Positions 27,674 to 38,492 of a stretch of 64,000 nucleotides of DNA are shown here, one piece after another. The DNA is taken from contig CAYSFJ010000001.1 in NCBI GenBank assembly GCA_964430785.1, forward strand, positions 4,029-68,028. Reading direction: 5' to 3'. The stretch is from an uncultured Mycoplasma sp. GTDB taxonomy: Bacteria; Bacillota_I; Bacilli_A; RF39; UBA660. The notes under the pieces were generated by a model. It was not told where the DNA came from, searched no databases, and was given only the letters and a program-made list of their open reading frames with translations. Every line of letters begins with the position of its first letter. Within the stretch, counting starts at the first letter, position 1. Position numbers and translations under genes: made by a program.

Positions 27674-27711
27674 TAGTTTTCATAAAAAGTTATAAAAACT
27701 GTAAAAAAAGT

Positions 27712-27741
27712 CTTGCATTCGGGGGTTAATTTATGATAATA
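27712..27741 (+). promoter_or_regulatory. putative sigma-A promoter of the S10 ribosomal operon
   Basis: TTGCAT - 17 bp - ATAATA, ~130 nt upstream of rpsJ leaving a structured leader (GC-richer segment 27760-27850). Confidence 0.4.
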
Positions 27742-27872
27742 TTGTTCTTATATGACTGCTGTGATGTGCGAGGTTGCTGATACACTAGGAATAGTTGGTA
27801 AATATATTTTATAGTTTATTGGGTAATTTGTACGGAGCATGCCTATATTTAATATAGACGAAAGGAGAAAAA

Positions 27873-28181
27873 ATGGCAAAACAAGAAATTCGTATTACTT
27901 TAAAAGCATATGACCACAGAATACTTGATGTAGCTGCTGGAAAAATATGTGAAACAGTAAAAAGAACTGGGGGAGAAATATCTGGACCTGTACCTCTACC
28001 TACTGAAATTGAAAAATTTACAGTATTAAGAGCTGTTCATAAATATAAAGATTCTCGTGAACAATTTGAAAGAAGAACTCACAAGAGACTTATTGATATT
28101 AAAAACCCAAGTAAAGAAACAGTTGATGCGCTATCTCATTTAGATTTACCAAGTGGCGTTCAAATCAATATTAAATTATAA
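27873..28181 (+). CDS. rpsJ: 30S ribosomal protein S10
   Basis: [19 protein letters not shown].. canonical S10. Confidence 0.95.
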   Translation: MAKQEIRITLKAYDHRILDVAAGKICETVKRTGGEISGPVPLPTEIEKFTVLRAVHKYKDSREQFERRTHKRLIDIKNPSKETVDALSHLDLPSGVQINIKL

Positions 28182-28201
28182 GAAAAGGAAGGAAAAAGAA
28201 A

Positions 28202-28936
28202 ATGAAAGGAATCTTAGGACGTAAAGTTGGAATGACTAGCGTATTTACTAAAGATGGTAAACTAATCCCTGTTACAGTAGTTGAAGTTTTACCAAATAAA
28301 GTAATGCAAGTTAAAACTGTTGAAAAAGATGGATATAATGCAATCCAACTTGGCGCAATTGACAAAAAAGCAAATAGAGCCAATAAGGCTGAAATCGGAA
28401 GTGCAAAAAAAGCAAATACAACTCCTAAGCGCTTCTTAAAAGAAATAAGAGATTATGAAGGCTCTTATAATATAGGAGATGAGATTACTGCAGATTTATT
28501 TACTGTTGGTGAAATAGTTGATGTAACTGGAACTACTAAAGGTAAAGGATTTGCTGGTGTTATCAAAAGACACAATCAATCAAGAGGACCTATGGGACAT
28601 GGTTCACATTATCATAGAAGACCAGGTTCACTTGGAACAATGCTTCCAAAAAGAGTTCTAAAAGGTAAAAAACTTGCTGGACACATGGGCGTTGAAACAG
28701 TTACAATTCAAAACCTTGAAATTATTGAAACTAATACTAATGAAAATTATATTTTAATTAGTGGTAATGTTCCAGGTGCAAAAAATTCAATTGTTTTAAT
28801 TAAAACTGCAATTAAAGGTAACAAAAAGGTTAATCCAAAGGAAATTATTAGTTATGAAGAATCTGTAGTTGATGCTGAAGAAGTAGTAACTCCTGTTGAA
28901 ACTGAAACAGTTACCGAATTAAAGGAAGACAAGTAG
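28202..28936 (+). CDS. rplC: 50S ribosomal protein L3 (with ~35-aa acidic C-terminal extension)
   Basis: [12 protein letters not shown].. canonical L3; 244 aa vs ~209 typical. Confidence 0.9.
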   Translation: MKGILGRKVGMTSVFTKDGKLIPVTVVEVLPNKVMQVKTVEKDGYNAIQLGAIDKKANRANKAEIGSAKKANTTPKRFLKEIRDYEGSYNIGDEITADLFTVGEIVDVTGTTKGKGFAGVIKRHNQSRGPMGHGSHYHRRPGSLGTMLPKRVLKGKKLAGHMGVETVTIQNLEIIETNTNENYILISGNVPGAKNSIVLIKTAIKGNKKVNPKEIISYEESVVDAEEVVTPVETETVTELKEDK

Positions 28937-28956
28937 TCTTTTAAAGGAGGATAAAA

Positions 28957-29580
28957 ATGACAAAGTTAAGTATAAATAATTTAAAAGGCGAAAAAGTTAG
29001 CGATATTGCTTTAAATTCTGAAGTTTTTGGAATTGAAGTTAATGATAATGCTATGAAAAAAATGGTTAGACTTCAACTTAATGCTTCAAGACAAGGAACT
29101 GCTAAAGCAAAAACAAGAAGTGAAGTATCAGGTGGTGGAAGAAAACCATGGAAACAAAAGGGCACTGGTAGAGCAAGACAAGGATCTATTCGTGCTGCTC
29201 AATGGAGAAAAGGTGGTATTGTATTTGGACCAACTCCAAGAGATTATTCATTTAAAATTAATCGTAAAGAAAGAGTACTTGCATTAAAGAGTGCTTTAAC
29301 TAGTAAATTAAACGAAAAGAAATTAATGGTTATTGATAACCTTAAATTAGATAATTTTAAAACAAAAACAGGTGTTGAATTATTAAATAATTTAAAACTT
29401 GATGGAAAAGTATTATTTGTTGCTAGCGAAGAAGCAGAAAACTTATATATGGCAACAAGAAATTTAAATAATGTACTTGTATTATTTGCAGATGAAATAA
29501 ATGTTTATGATATACTAAACGCTGATTATCTTGTATTTGATGAAGCAAGTATTAAAATGGTAGAGGAGGCACTTAAATAA
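28957..29580 (+). CDS. rplD: 50S ribosomal protein L4
   Basis: S10-operon order; ..GGGRKPWKQKGTGRAR.. L4 signature. Confidence 0.9.
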   Translation: MTKLSINNLKGEKVSDIALNSEVFGIEVNDNAMKKMVRLQLNASRQGTAKAKTRSEVSGGGRKPWKQKGTGRARQGSIRAAQWRKGGIVFGPTPRDYSFKINRKERVLALKSALTSKLNEKKLMVIDNLKLDNFKTKTGVELLNNLKLDGKVLFVASEEAENLYMATRNLNNVLVLFADEINVYDILNADYLVFDEASIKMVEEALK

Positions 29581-29855
29581 TGAGACATTATTCTGAAATT
29601 ATAATTGCACCAGTAGTTACTGAAAAAAGTATGACATTAAGAAGCGAAAATGTTTATACATTTAAAGTTGCTAAAGATGCTACTAAAACTGAAATTAAAA
29701 AAGCTATTGAAGATGCTTTTAAAGTAGAAGTTAAAAGTGTTAATACTCTAAACACTAAATCTAAAAAAAGAAGAGTTGGAAAGTATCAAGGAAGAACAAA
29801 AACATTCAAAAAAGCTATGGTAACATTAAAAGATGGTTCTTCTATAGAACTTTAG
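29580..29855 (+). CDS. rplW: 50S ribosomal protein L23
   Basis: operon position, ~91 aa, ..IIAPVVTEKS.. L23-like. Confidence 0.85.
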   Translation: MRHYSEIIIAPVVTEKSMTLRSENVYTFKVAKDATKTEIKKAIEDAFKVEVKSVNTLNTKSKKRRVGKYQGRTKTFKKAMVTLKDGSSIEL

Positions 29856-29870
29856 TAGAAAGGAGAAATT

Positions 29871-30701
29871 ATGGCAATAAGACATTATAAACCAGTTACA
29901 AATGGTAGAAGAGGCATGAGTACTCTTGTTAATGAAGAAATTACAACAAAAACTCCTACTAAAGGATTACTAGGAAAAGTTAAAAAAACCGGTGGTAGAA
30001 ATAATCAAGGAAAAATGACTGTTAGACATATCGGCGGCGGAGCTAAAAGAAAATATCGTATTATTGATTTTAAAAGAAATAAAATTGGTATTACAGGTAA
30101 AGTTGCAACAATTGAATATGATCCAAATAGAACCGCAAATATCGCTTTAATTAATTATAGAGATGGTGAAAAAAGATATATTATTGCTCCAAAAGATTTA
30201 AAAGTTGGTGCTATAATTGAAAATGGCGAAAATGCAGATATTAAAGTTGGTAATGCATTACCTCTTAAAAACATTCCAGTAGGTACATTTGTTCACTGTA
30301 TTGAACTTAAACCAGGAAAAGGTGCTGAAATTTGCCGTAGTGCTGGTGCATCTGCTCAAATTCTTGGTAGAGAAGATAAATATGTTCTTCTTAGACTTCA
30401 ATCTGGAGAAACAAGAAAAGTTCTTGATAGATGTATGGCAACAATCGGTGTTGTTGGTAATGAAGATGCAAACCTAGTTAATATTGGTAAAGCTGGTAGA
30501 ACTAGATATCTTGGAATTAGACCTACAAACCGTGGTTCTGTAATGAACCCTAACGATCACCCACATGGTGGTGGAGAAGGACGTGCTCCAATTGGTAGAA
30601 AGAGTCCAATGACTCCTTGGGGTAAACCTGCTCTTGGTGTTAAAACTAGAAAACCTAAAAAGGCATCTAGTAAACTTATTATAAGTAGGAAGACTAAATA
30701 G
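29871..30701 (+). CDS. rplB: 50S ribosomal protein L2
   Basis: [17 protein letters not shown].., ..HPHGGGEGR.. L2 signature. Confidence 0.95.
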   Translation: MAIRHYKPVTNGRRGMSTLVNEEITTKTPTKGLLGKVKKTGGRNNQGKMTVRHIGGGAKRKYRIIDFKRNKIGITGKVATIEYDPNRTANIALINYRDGEKRYIIAPKDLKVGAIIENGENADIKVGNALPLKNIPVGTFVHCIELKPGKGAEICRSAGASAQILGREDKYVLLRLQSGETRKVLDRCMATIGVVGNEDANLVNIGKAGRTRYLGIRPTNRGSVMNPNDHPHGGGEGRAPIGRKSPMTPWGKPALGVKTRKPKKASSKLIISRKTK

Positions 30702-30710
30702 GGAGGAATA

Positions 30711-30974
30711 ATGGCAAGAAGTTTAAAAAAAGGTGCTTTCGTTGACGATAGCATAATGAAAAAAATTAAAAAATTAAATGAAGAAAATAAAAAAACAGTA
30801 GTAAAAACTTGGTCAAGAAGAAGTACTATTTATCCTGAATTTGTAGGACATACAATTGCAGTACATAATGGTAAAGATTTTATACCAGTATACATTACTG
30901 AAGAAATGGTAGGTCATAAATTAGGTGAGTTCTCTCAAACTCGTAAATTTACTGGCCATGCTGGAAATAAATAG
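30711..30974 (+). CDS. rpsS: 30S ribosomal protein S19
   Basis: [23 protein letters not shown].. S19. Confidence 0.9.
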   Translation: MARSLKKGAFVDDSIMKKIKKLNEENKKTVVKTWSRRSTIYPEFVGHTIAVHNGKDFIPVYITEEMVGHKLGEFSQTRKFTGHAGNK

Positions 30975-30982
30975 GAGGTAAC

Positions 30983-31327
30983 ATGGAAACTTATGCAAAA
31001 CATAATACTGCAATGATTAAACCTAGACTTGCAAGAATGACTATGGATTTAATTCGTGGAAAAGATGTTGAAACTGCAAGAGGAATCTTAGAAAATACAA
31101 ATACTAAAGCTAGTAGAATGATTTTAAAAGTTTTAAACTCAGCAGTTGCAAATGCAGTAAATAATAATGGTGCTAATGAAACTGATTTAGTTATTAGTAA
31201 ATGTTTTATTAATCCAGGACCAATCTACAAGAGAATTCAATTTGCATCTAGAGGAAATGTTGATAGACATGATAAAAGAACAAGTCATATTGTTATATAT
31301 GTTACTGATAATAAGGAGGCTAAATAA
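30983..31327 (+). CDS. rplV: 50S ribosomal protein L22
   Basis: ..[16 protein letters not shown].. L22. Confidence 0.9.
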   Translation: METYAKHNTAMIKPRLARMTMDLIRGKDVETARGILENTNTKASRMILKVLNSAVANAVNNNGANETDLVISKCFINPGPIYKRIQFASRGNVDRHDKRTSHIVIYVTDNKEAK

Positions 31328-31329
31328 TT

Positions 31330-32007
31330 ATGGGACAAAAAGTAAATCCTATAGGATACCGTATTGGTGTTAATAAAGATTGGGATTCTCGTTGGTATGC
31401 TGAAAAAGATTATTCAACAAAATTGGTTAATGATATCAAAATTAGAGAATACATTGAAAAAAATCTTAAAAGTGCTTCTGTATCTAAAGTTGTAATTGAA
31501 AGAAGAAAAAATAAAGTTGAACTTACAATTTATACTGCTAGACCTGGTGTTATAATTGGCCGTGGTGGAGAAGATATCGAAAAACTTAGAAAGAAAATTT
31601 CTAAACTAGTTAATGAAGAAATTTATATTAACATTATTGAAGAAAAAAACCCTGATTTAAATGCTCAACTTGTTGCAGACAATATAGCAATGCAAATTGA
31701 AGCTCGTGCACCTTTTAGAAGCGTTCAAAAAAGAGCTATTAGAAATACAATGAAAGCTGGAGCAAAAGGTATTAAAACTGCTGTTTCAGGTAGACTTGGT
31801 GGAGCTGAAATGGCTAGAACTGAAGGCTATACTGAAGGTACAGTACCTTTACATACAATTAGAGCTGATGTTGATTATGCTATTAGTGAAGCAAATACTA
31901 TCTACGGAAAAATTGGAGTTAAAGTATGGATTTATAAAGATGAAATACTTAAAACTAAAAATGTTAAGAAGGGAGAGATGAAAGATGTTAATGCCAAAAA
32001 GAACTAA
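31330..32007 (+). CDS. rpsC: 30S ribosomal protein S3
   Basis: [24 protein letters not shown].. S3 KH domain. Confidence 0.95.
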   Translation: MGQKVNPIGYRIGVNKDWDSRWYAEKDYSTKLVNDIKIREYIEKNLKSASVSKVVIERRKNKVELTIYTARPGVIIGRGGEDIEKLRKKISKLVNEEIYINIIEEKNPDLNAQLVADNIAMQIEARAPFRSVQKRAIRNTMKAGAKGIKTAVSGRLGGAEMARTEGYTEGTVPLHTIRADVDYAISEANTIYGKIGVKVWIYKDEILKTKNVKKGEMKDVNAKKN

Positions 32008-32410
32008 ATATCGTAAAAGTCATAGACTAAGTTATGAAGGCAAGGCAAAAGGTAATCTTACCCTAAATAATGGTGATTTTGGCCTTATGGCTATGGAAGG
32101 CGGATGGATATCTGCTAGACAAATTGAAGCTGCACGTATTGCAATGACACGTTATATGAAACGTGGTGGTAAAGTATATATTAATATATTTCCACATATG
32201 CCAAGAACTAGAAAACCTCTAGAAACTAGACAAGGTAAAGGTAAAGGTAACGTTGAAGAATGGGTAGCAGTAGTAAAACAAGGAAAGATCATGTTTGAGA
32301 TTAGTGATGTTTCTGAAGAAATTGCTAGAGAAGCTTTAAGACTTGCTTCTCATAAGCTTTCAATCAAAACTAAATTTGTTATGAAGGAGAGTGAAACTCT
32401 TGGAAATTAA
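31985..32410 (+). CDS. rplP: 50S ribosomal protein L16
   Basis: [11 protein letters not shown].. L16. Confidence 0.95.
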   Translation: MLMPKRTKYRKSHRLSYEGKAKGNLTLNNGDFGLMAMEGGWISARQIEAARIAMTRYMKRGGKVYINIFPHMPRTRKPLETRQGKGKGNVEEWVAVVKQGKIMFEISDVSEEIAREALRLASHKLSIKTKFVMKESETLGN

Positions 32411-32600
32411 TGAAATAAGAAAATTAAGCAATGAAGATATTAAAAAGAAGATTACAGAGGATAAAGAAGAACTATTCAAAAATAGATTAGCTCAATCTTC
32501 TGGAACTTTGGAAAAACCTGTAGTTTTAAGACAACTTCGTAAAGAAATAGCAAGACTTAAGACTGTATTAACAGAAAGAGAAATGGATGGTGAAAAATAA
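32391..32600 (+). CDS. rpmC: 50S ribosomal protein L29 (start uncertain: GTG 32391 or TTG 32400)
   Basis: ..[26 protein letters not shown].. matches L29 (MKANEIRDLTTAEI..ELFNLRFQ). Confidence 0.8.
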   Translation: MKLLEINEIRKLSNEDIKKKITEDKEELFKNRLAQSSGTLEKPVVLRQLRKEIARLKTVLTEREMDGEK

Positions 32601-32857
32601 TGGAAAAGGCAAAACAAGAATTAGTTGGAAAAGTTGTTAGTGATAAGAATGATAAAACAATTACTGTTTTAGTTGAAACTTATAAAAAACATCCATTATA
32701 TGGTAAAAGAGTTAAATATTCTAAAAAATATGCTGCTCATGATGAAAAAAATGAAGCAAAAATAGGAGATACAGTTAGAATTTCAATGACTAGACCTTTA
32801 TCAAAAACTAAAAGATATGAATTAGTTGAAGTTATTGAAAAAGCTGTAATTTTATAG
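32600..32857 (+). CDS. rpsQ: 30S ribosomal protein S17
   Basis: ..[26 protein letters not shown].. S17. Confidence 0.9.
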   Translation: MEKAKQELVGKVVSDKNDKTITVLVETYKKHPLYGKRVKYSKKYAAHDEKNEAKIGDTVRISMTRPLSKTKRYELVEVIEKAVIL

Positions 32858-32868
32858 GAGGTAATATT

Positions 32869-33237
32869 ATGGTAATGCAAGAAAGTAGATTAAAAGTTGC
32901 TGATAACTCTGGAGCAAGAGAACTTTTAGTTATCCGTGTTATGGGCGGAAGTAAAGTTAAAAGTGCTAATATCGGTGATGTAATCGTTGGTACTGTTAAA
33001 AAAGCTATACCTAATAGTCCTGTAAAAGAAGGTAAAGTTGTAAAGGCAGTTATAGTAAGAACTGTTCAAGGTGTTAGAAGAAAAGATGGAAGTTATATTA
33101 AATTTGATGATAATGCATGTGTTCTTATCAAAGATGATAAAACTCCAATTGGTACAAGAGTTCTTGGTCCTGTTGCAAGAGAACTTCGTGAAAAAGAATA
33201 TAACAAGATTGTATCACTTGCACCTGAGGTTTTATAG
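32869..33237 (+). CDS. rplN: 50S ribosomal protein L14
   Basis: ..[25 protein letters not shown].. L14. Confidence 0.95.
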   Translation: MVMQESRLKVADNSGARELLVIRVMGGSKVKSANIGDVIVGTVKKAIPNSPVKEGKVVKAVIVRTVQGVRRKDGSYIKFDDNACVLIKDDKTPIGTRVLGPVARELREKEYNKIVSLAPEVL

Positions 33238-33245
33238 GAGGATAT

Positions 33246-33554
33246 ATGAAAGTTAAAGTAGGAGATAAAGTATTAATTATTGCTGGAAAAGATAAAGGTA
33301 AAGAAGGCAAAGTAATTAAAACTTATAAAAAATTAGATAAAGTTGTTGTTGAAGGTTTAAATATGGTTAAGAAACATTCTAAACCTAGAACTACTGAAGA
33401 AAAAGGTGGAATATTTGATATTGAAGCACCTATTCATGTATCTAACGTAAAGGTAATTAATAATAATAAAGAAGAAAAAGCTAAAGTAGTTAAAACTGAA
33501 GAGAAGAAGGTAACTTCTAAAAAGAAAACTACTAGTAAAAAGGAAGCAAAGTAG
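33246..33554 (+). CDS. rplX: 50S ribosomal protein L24
   Basis: [23 protein letters not shown].. L24 KOW motif. Confidence 0.9.
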   Translation: MKVKVGDKVLIIAGKDKGKEGKVIKTYKKLDKVVVEGLNMVKKHSKPRTTEEKGGIFDIEAPIHVSNVKVINNNKEEKAKVVKTEEKKVTSKKKTTSKKEAK

Positions 33555-33561
33555 GTGAATT

Positions 33562-34101
33562 ATGAGTAATTTTAAAACTTTATATGAAAAAGAAATTAAA
33601 AATAGTTTAATGAAAGAATATAATTATACTACAGTAATGCAAGTTCCTAAAATCACCAAAATCGTAATTAATATGGGTGTTGGTGAAGGATCTAGTGATT
33701 CAAAATTTATTGATGCTGCAGTTAAAGATTTAACTCTAATTTCTGGTCAAAAACCTGTAGTTACTAAAGCTCATAAATCAATTGCTGGTTTTAAATTAAG
33801 AGAGGGACAACCTATTGGTGTTAAAGTAACTCTTCGTGGTGAAAATATGTATGCATTCTTAGAAAAATTAATTAAGATTGCACTACCTCGTGTTAGAGAT
33901 TTCAGAGGAATTTCACCAAAAAGTTTTGATGGTAAAGGAAACTTTACAATGGGAGTTAAAGAACAACTTATATTCCCTGAAATAAATTATGATGATGTTT
34001 TAAAAATTAGAGGAATGGATATTGTTATTGTAACAACTGCAAAATCTAATGATGAAGCACGTTCATTACTAAAAGCATTTGGAATGCCTTTTAGAGGATA
34101 A
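33562..34101 (+). CDS. rplE: 50S ribosomal protein L5
   Basis: ..[35 protein letters not shown].. L5. Confidence 0.95.
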   Translation: MSNFKTLYEKEIKNSLMKEYNYTTVMQVPKITKIVINMGVGEGSSDSKFIDAAVKDLTLISGQKPVVTKAHKSIAGFKLREGQPIGVKVTLRGENMYAFLEKLIKIALPRVRDFRGISPKSFDGKGNFTMGVKEQLIFPEINYDDVLKIRGMDIVIVTTAKSNDEARSLLKAFGMPFRG

Positions 34102-34113
34102 GGAGAGTAAAAT

Positions 34114-34299
34114 ATGGCAAAAACAAGTATGATTGTAAAAAATAATCGTAAACCTAAATTTCAAGTTAGAGCTTATACTAGATGCAAAAGATGTGGTAGA
34201 CCTCATGGTGTACTAAGAAAATTTGGCTTATGTCGTATTTGCTTCAGAGAACTTGCTAATAAAGGACAAATTCCAGGCGTTAAGAAGTCTAGTTGGTAG
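34114..34299 (+). CDS. rpsZ: 30S ribosomal protein S14 type Z (zinc-binding, 61 aa)
   Basis: ..[23 protein letters not shown].. C4 zinc ribbon S14. Confidence 0.9.
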   Translation: MAKTSMIVKNNRKPKFQVRAYTRCKRCGRPHGVLRKFGLCRICFRELANKGQIPGVKKSSW

Positions 34300-34314
34300 A
34301 AAGGAGATATAATA

Positions 34315-34713
34315 ATGTTTGTACAAGATAAAATAGCAGATATGCTAACAAGAATAAGAAATGCAAATCAAATGAGATATACTGAAGTTGAAGTTGAAGG
34401 AACTAAAATGACTAAAGGTATCGCTGAAATTCTTAAAAATGAAGGTTATATCGCTGATTACAAATATACAAAAAATAGTAATGGTGATAAAATGACTTTA
34501 ACTTTAAAATATGGAAACAAAAAAGAAAGAGTTATTACTGGATTAAAAAGAATTAGTAAATCAGGCTTAAGAGTTTATGCTCAAGCAGATAAACTTCCTA
34601 AAGTTCTAAATGGTTTAGGAATTGCAATTATATCTACTTCACAAGGCTTAATGACTGATAAAAAAGCTAGAGAAAAAGGGTTAGGAGGTGAAGTACTTGC
34701 CTATATTTGGTAA
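34315..34713 (+). CDS. rpsH: 30S ribosomal protein S8
   Basis: ..[15 protein letters not shown].. S8. Confidence 0.95.
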   Translation: MFVQDKIADMLTRIRNANQMRYTEVEVEGTKMTKGIAEILKNEGYIADYKYTKNSNGDKMTLTLKYGNKKERVITGLKRISKSGLRVYAQADKLPKVLNGLGIAIISTSQGLMTDKKAREKGLGGEVLAYIW

Positions 34714-34720
34714 GTAGTCT

Positions 34721-35260
34721 ATGAGTAGAATTGGTAATAGAAAACTAACTATCCCTGAAGGTGTAACAGTTTCATTTAATGAAGGCATTGTTACAGTAAA
34801 AGGAGCTAAGGGAGAATTAACTCTTCCAGTTAGCCCATTAGTTAATGTAGTAATTAATGGTAATGAAGTTACTACGGAAAAAGTTAAAGATACTAAAGAA
34901 GCAAATATTCTTATAGGAACAACTAATTCTAATATAAATAATATGTTAATTGGTGTTAGTACTGGTTATACAAAAGATTTAGAGGCTGTTGGTGTAGGAT
35001 ATCGTTTCAGTGTTTCTGGAAATAAAATTGTTGTATCTGCTGGTTACTCACATACAATTGATGTTGTAGTTCCAAGTGGTATAACTGTTACAAGTCCATC
35101 TAATACAGAACTTTCTATCAGTGGATTTGATAAACAAAAAGTTTCTGAATTTGCGGCAAATATTCGTAAAATTCGTCAACCAGAACCTTATAAAGGCAAA
35201 GGAATACGTTATAAAGGCGAACATATCCGTCGTAAAGAAGGAAAGAAAGCGGCTAAGTAA
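34721..35260 (+). CDS. rplF: 50S ribosomal protein L6
   Basis: MSRIGNRKLTIPEGVTVSFNEG.. L6. Confidence 0.9.
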   Translation: MSRIGNRKLTIPEGVTVSFNEGIVTVKGAKGELTLPVSPLVNVVINGNEVTTEKVKDTKEANILIGTTNSNINNMLIGVSTGYTKDLEAVGVGYRFSVSGNKIVVSAGYSHTIDVVVPSGITVTSPSNTELSISGFDKQKVSEFAANIRKIRQPEPYKGKGIRYKGEHIRRKEGKKAAK

Positions 35261-35274
35261 AGGAGTAAAATATT

Positions 35275-35628
35275 ATGAATAGTAAAGAAAAAAGAGAAGC
35301 TAGGTTAAGAAGACATACTAGAGTTAGAAAAAGTATTTCTGGAACACCTGAAGTACCTAGACTAAATGTATTTAGATCTAATAAAGCTATTTATGCTCAA
35401 GTTATTGATGACACAAAAGGTGAAACTTTAGTTAGCTCATCAACTCTTGAACTTAAAATTAAAAATGGTGGTAATATTGAAGCAGCTGCAGCTGTAGGAA
35501 AAGATATTGCTGAAAAATGTAAAAAAGCAAAAATTAGCAAAGTAGTATTTGACCGTGGTGGATTCTTATATCATGGTAGAATAGCAGCTTTAGCTGATGC
35601 AGCAAGAGAAGCTGGATTAGAGTTTTAA
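35275..35628 (+). CDS. rplR: 50S ribosomal protein L18
   Basis: ..[29 protein letters not shown].. L18. Confidence 0.9.
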   Translation: MNSKEKREARLRRHTRVRKSISGTPEVPRLNVFRSNKAIYAQVIDDTKGETLVSSSTLELKIKNGGNIEAAAAVGKDIAEKCKKAKISKVVFDRGGFLYHGRIAALADAAREAGLEF

Positions 35629-35637
35629 GGAGGCATT

Positions 35638-36141
35638 ATGGCAAAAGATTTTGATAAACAAAAAAATAATTTATTAGAAGAAAAAGTTATTAATATAGGA
35701 AGAGTTACAAAAGTTACTCAAGGTGGAAGAAATTTTAGATTTTCCGCAACTGTAGCTGTTGGTAATCGTAAAGGTTTAATTGGCATTGGAACTGGTAAAG
35801 CTAACGAAGTTCCTGAAGCAATTAAAAAAGCATTACAAGCCGCTAATAAAAACGTTGTTAAAATTTCACTTGTTGATAATAGAACAATTCCTCATGAAGC
35901 AACTTATAAAGTTGGTAGAGCAGAAGTTTTATTAAAACCTGCTAAAGAGGGTCGCGGAATTATCGCTGGTGGAGCTGCAAGAGCAGTTCTTGAACTTGCT
36001 GGTGTTAAAGACATAGTTGCCAAATCTTTAGGTAGTAATACTCAAGTTAATGTTGCAAAAGCTACTTTAGGTGCTCTTACAATGCAAAGAACTAAGGAAC
36101 ATATTGCTGAACTTAGATCAAAGAAAGTTGAGGAATTATAA
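35638..36141 (+). CDS. rpsE: 30S ribosomal protein S5
   Basis: ..VINIGRVTKVTQGGRNFRFSATVAVGN.. S5. Confidence 0.95.
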   Translation: MAKDFDKQKNNLLEEKVINIGRVTKVTQGGRNFRFSATVAVGNRKGLIGIGTGKANEVPEAIKKALQAANKNVVKISLVDNRTIPHEATYKVGRAEVLLKPAKEGRGIIAGGAARAVLELAGVKDIVAKSLGSNTQVNVAKATLGALTMQRTKEHIAELRSKKVEEL

Positions 36142-36584
36142 TGAGATTAGAAAATTTACCAAAATCTAGCGAAATGAAAGCTAGAAAAAGAGTTGGTAGA
36201 GGCCCAGGAAGTGGAATGGGTAAAACTTCAACTCGTGGAGAAAATGGACAAAAATCTAGAAGTGGTGCTTCAATTAAACCTTGGTTCCAAGGTGGACAAT
36301 CTCCACTTTATAGAAGAATTCCTAAAAGAGGATTTAACAATGCAAATTTTGCTAACAGATTTGCAACAATTAATTTATCAGATTTAAATAGATATTTTAA
36401 TGATGGTGATGTTGTTACACCTGAAGTATTATTTGAAAGAAGAATTCTTAAAAAGGGATTAAATGGAGTTAAAATTTTAGGAAATGGTACTTTAGAAAAA
36501 AAATTAACTATTAAAGCTAATCGTTTCACAAGTACAGCCGTTACTAAAATTAATGATGCTGGTGGTAAAGCTGAGGTGATTTAG
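36141..36584 (+). CDS. rplO: 50S ribosomal protein L15 (directly follows S5; no L30 gene)
   Basis: MRLENL..RKRVGRGPGSGMGKTSTRG.. L15; start overlaps rpsE stop (TAATG). Confidence 0.9.
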   Translation: MRLENLPKSSEMKARKRVGRGPGSGMGKTSTRGENGQKSRSGASIKPWFQGGQSPLYRRIPKRGFNNANFANRFATINLSDLNRYFNDGDVVTPEVLFERRILKKGLNGVKILGNGTLEKKLTIKANRFTSTAVTKINDAGGKAEVI

Positions 36585-36585
36585 A

Positions 36586-37848
36586 ATGTTTCGTGGTTTT
36601 TCAGGATTTTTTAATAAAAGTAATAAAGACTTAAGAAAAAAAATCTATTTTACAATGATGTGTTTAGGAATATTTTGTTTGGGTACAACCATAACTATTC
36701 CTTGGGCATCAAAAGTATTTGAAGAACTAGGTTTTCTAGAAATATTCAATGTAATGAGTGGTGGCGGCCTACAAAATTTTTCAATATTTGCTTTAGGCGT
36801 TTCACCATATATTACTGCCTCAATTATTACTGAAATTTTACAAATGGATATTGTGCCTTACTTTAAAGACCTTAAAGATCAAGGTTATACTGGAAGACAA
36901 AAGATTAACAAAATTACAAGATATTTAGGTATATTTATTGCTTTTTTACAAGCATATGCATTAACAGCTTTCTATATGAAAGGGTTAACAGCTATGGAAA
37001 TTATTAAAACTACTTTAGTAATGGTTGCTGGTACATCTTTCTGTATGTGGATGGGTGATCAAATTACTAACAAAGGTATTGGTAATGGCCAATCAATGCT
37101 TATAATGGCAGGTATTATTCAAAGTATGCCAAATATTTTTAGAGGTGCATTTAGCTCCTTAGTAATGGGTAGTTTTTCAAAAACTGTAGGAATTTTATTA
37201 TTTAGTTTATTTGTTCTTGTGTATGTTGTAGTTATTGTTGGAATTATTTGGGTTCAACTTGCTGAAAGAAGAATTCCAATACAATATTCTAATAGAACAT
37301 CTTCAGCATATGGTGCACAAACAAATTATTTACCATTAAAAATAAATTCTGCAAGTGTTATTCCAGTAATATTTGCTTCAATAGTAACAACTATTCCAGC
37401 AACAATTGTTACTCTTATCGGTAAGCAAGGTGCTATAGACTTTGTAAACAAATATATTATTTACACTTCTACTACTGGATTTATACTTTATCTAGTTTTA
37501 ATAGTAGTATTTGCATACTTCTATACATTCCTTGTTATGAATCCAGATGAAATGAGTAAAAACTTAAATGAGAATGGTGGATATATTCCTGGTATTAGAC
37601 CTGGTAGTGATACATCTAAGTATATTAGTAATTCATTATCTAAATTAACACTAGTCGGAGCACTATTCTTAGTAATCTTAGCAGGAATGCCTATTTTACT
37701 TTCAAAACTTACATCTCTTCCATCATATGTAACAATTGGTGGAACTGGTATATTAATTGTTGTAGGTGTTGCAATTGAAACATATAAACAATTAGAAAGT
37801 AGTCTTGTAAGTAGAAGTTATTCTTCTAAGAGAAAGAGATTAAGATGA
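36586..37848 (+). CDS. secY: preprotein translocase subunit SecY
   Basis: 420 aa, 10 TM, conserved position after rplO. Confidence 0.9.
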   Translation: MFRGFSGFFNKSNKDLRKKIYFTMMCLGIFCLGTTITIPWASKVFEELGFLEIFNVMSGGGLQNFSIFALGVSPYITASIITEILQMDIVPYFKDLKDQGYTGRQKINKITRYLGIFIAFLQAYALTAFYMKGLTAMEIIKTTLVMVAGTSFCMWMGDQITNKGIGNGQSMLIMAGIIQSMPNIFRGAFSSLVMGSFSKTVGILLFSLFVLVYVVVIVGIIWVQLAERRIPIQYSNRTSSAYGAQTNYLPLKINSASVIPVIFASIVTTIPATIVTLIGKQGAIDFVNKYIIYTSTTGFILYLVLIVVFAYFYTFLVMNPDEMSKNLNENGGYIPGIRPGSDTSKYISNSLSKLTLVGALFLVILAGMPILLSKLTSLPSYVTIGGTGILIVVGVAIETYKQLESSLVSRSYSSKRKRLR

Positions 37849-38492
37849 AAAACATAATATTTTTAGCACCACCTGCCGCAGGCAAGGGTACTTGTAGTGA
37901 TATACTTAAAAATACTTATGATTGTAAACATATTTCTACTGGGGCTATTTTAAGAAGCGAGATTGCTTCTCAAAGTAGCCTTGGCAAAGAAATAAAAAAA
38001 ATAATTGACGCTGGCAAACTTGTTAGTGATGATTATATGATTAAATTAATCGAAGAAACATTATCTAAATTAGATAAACCATTTATTTTAGATGGATTTC
38101 CAAGAACAATAAATCAAGCACAAAATTTAAGTATATTATTTGATAAACTAAATATTAGTAATTATATTGTTATTTATTTAAATATTGATAAAGAACTTGC
38201 TTTAAAACGTACACTTGGAAGAGTTACTTGTGAAAAGTGTGGTAGAAGTTATAATATTTTCTTTGATGGTTTTAAACCTAAAGAAGATGGAATATGTGAT
38301 GATTGTAAAACTGCACTTACTGTCAGGGGCGATGATAATGAGGAAAGTTTTAAAGTTCGTTTTGACACTTATGTTCAAAATACTTTACCAATCATAGAGT
38401 ATTATAAAAATTTAAATAAATTAGTGGAAATTGATGTTAACAATAAGGATTTAAATTTAAAAGAAAAATTAATGGAGATTCTAAGTGATTAA
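37845..38492 (+). CDS. adk: adenylate kinase (zinc-lid type)
   Basis: P-loop GPPAAGKGT, lid Cys4 (CEKCGRSY..CDDC). Confidence 0.9.
   Translation: MKNIIFLAPPAAGKGTCSDILKNTYDCKHISTGAILRSEIASQSSLGKEIKKIIDAGKLVSDDYMIKLIEETLSKLDKPFILDGFPRTINQAQNLSILFDKLNISNYIVIYLNIDKELALKRTLGRVTCEKCGRSYNIFFDGFKPKEDGICDDCKTALTVRGDDNEESFKVRFDTYVQNTLPIIEYYKNLNKLVEIDVNNKDLNLKEKLMEILSD

Noticed and set aside
36141-36584. Possibility that the 147-aa ORF after S5 is an L30-L15 fusion
   Set aside because: Its sequence from the first residue (MRLENL..RKRVGRGPGSGMGKTSTRG) is L15 throughout, and its length equals standalone L15. L30 is simply absent.
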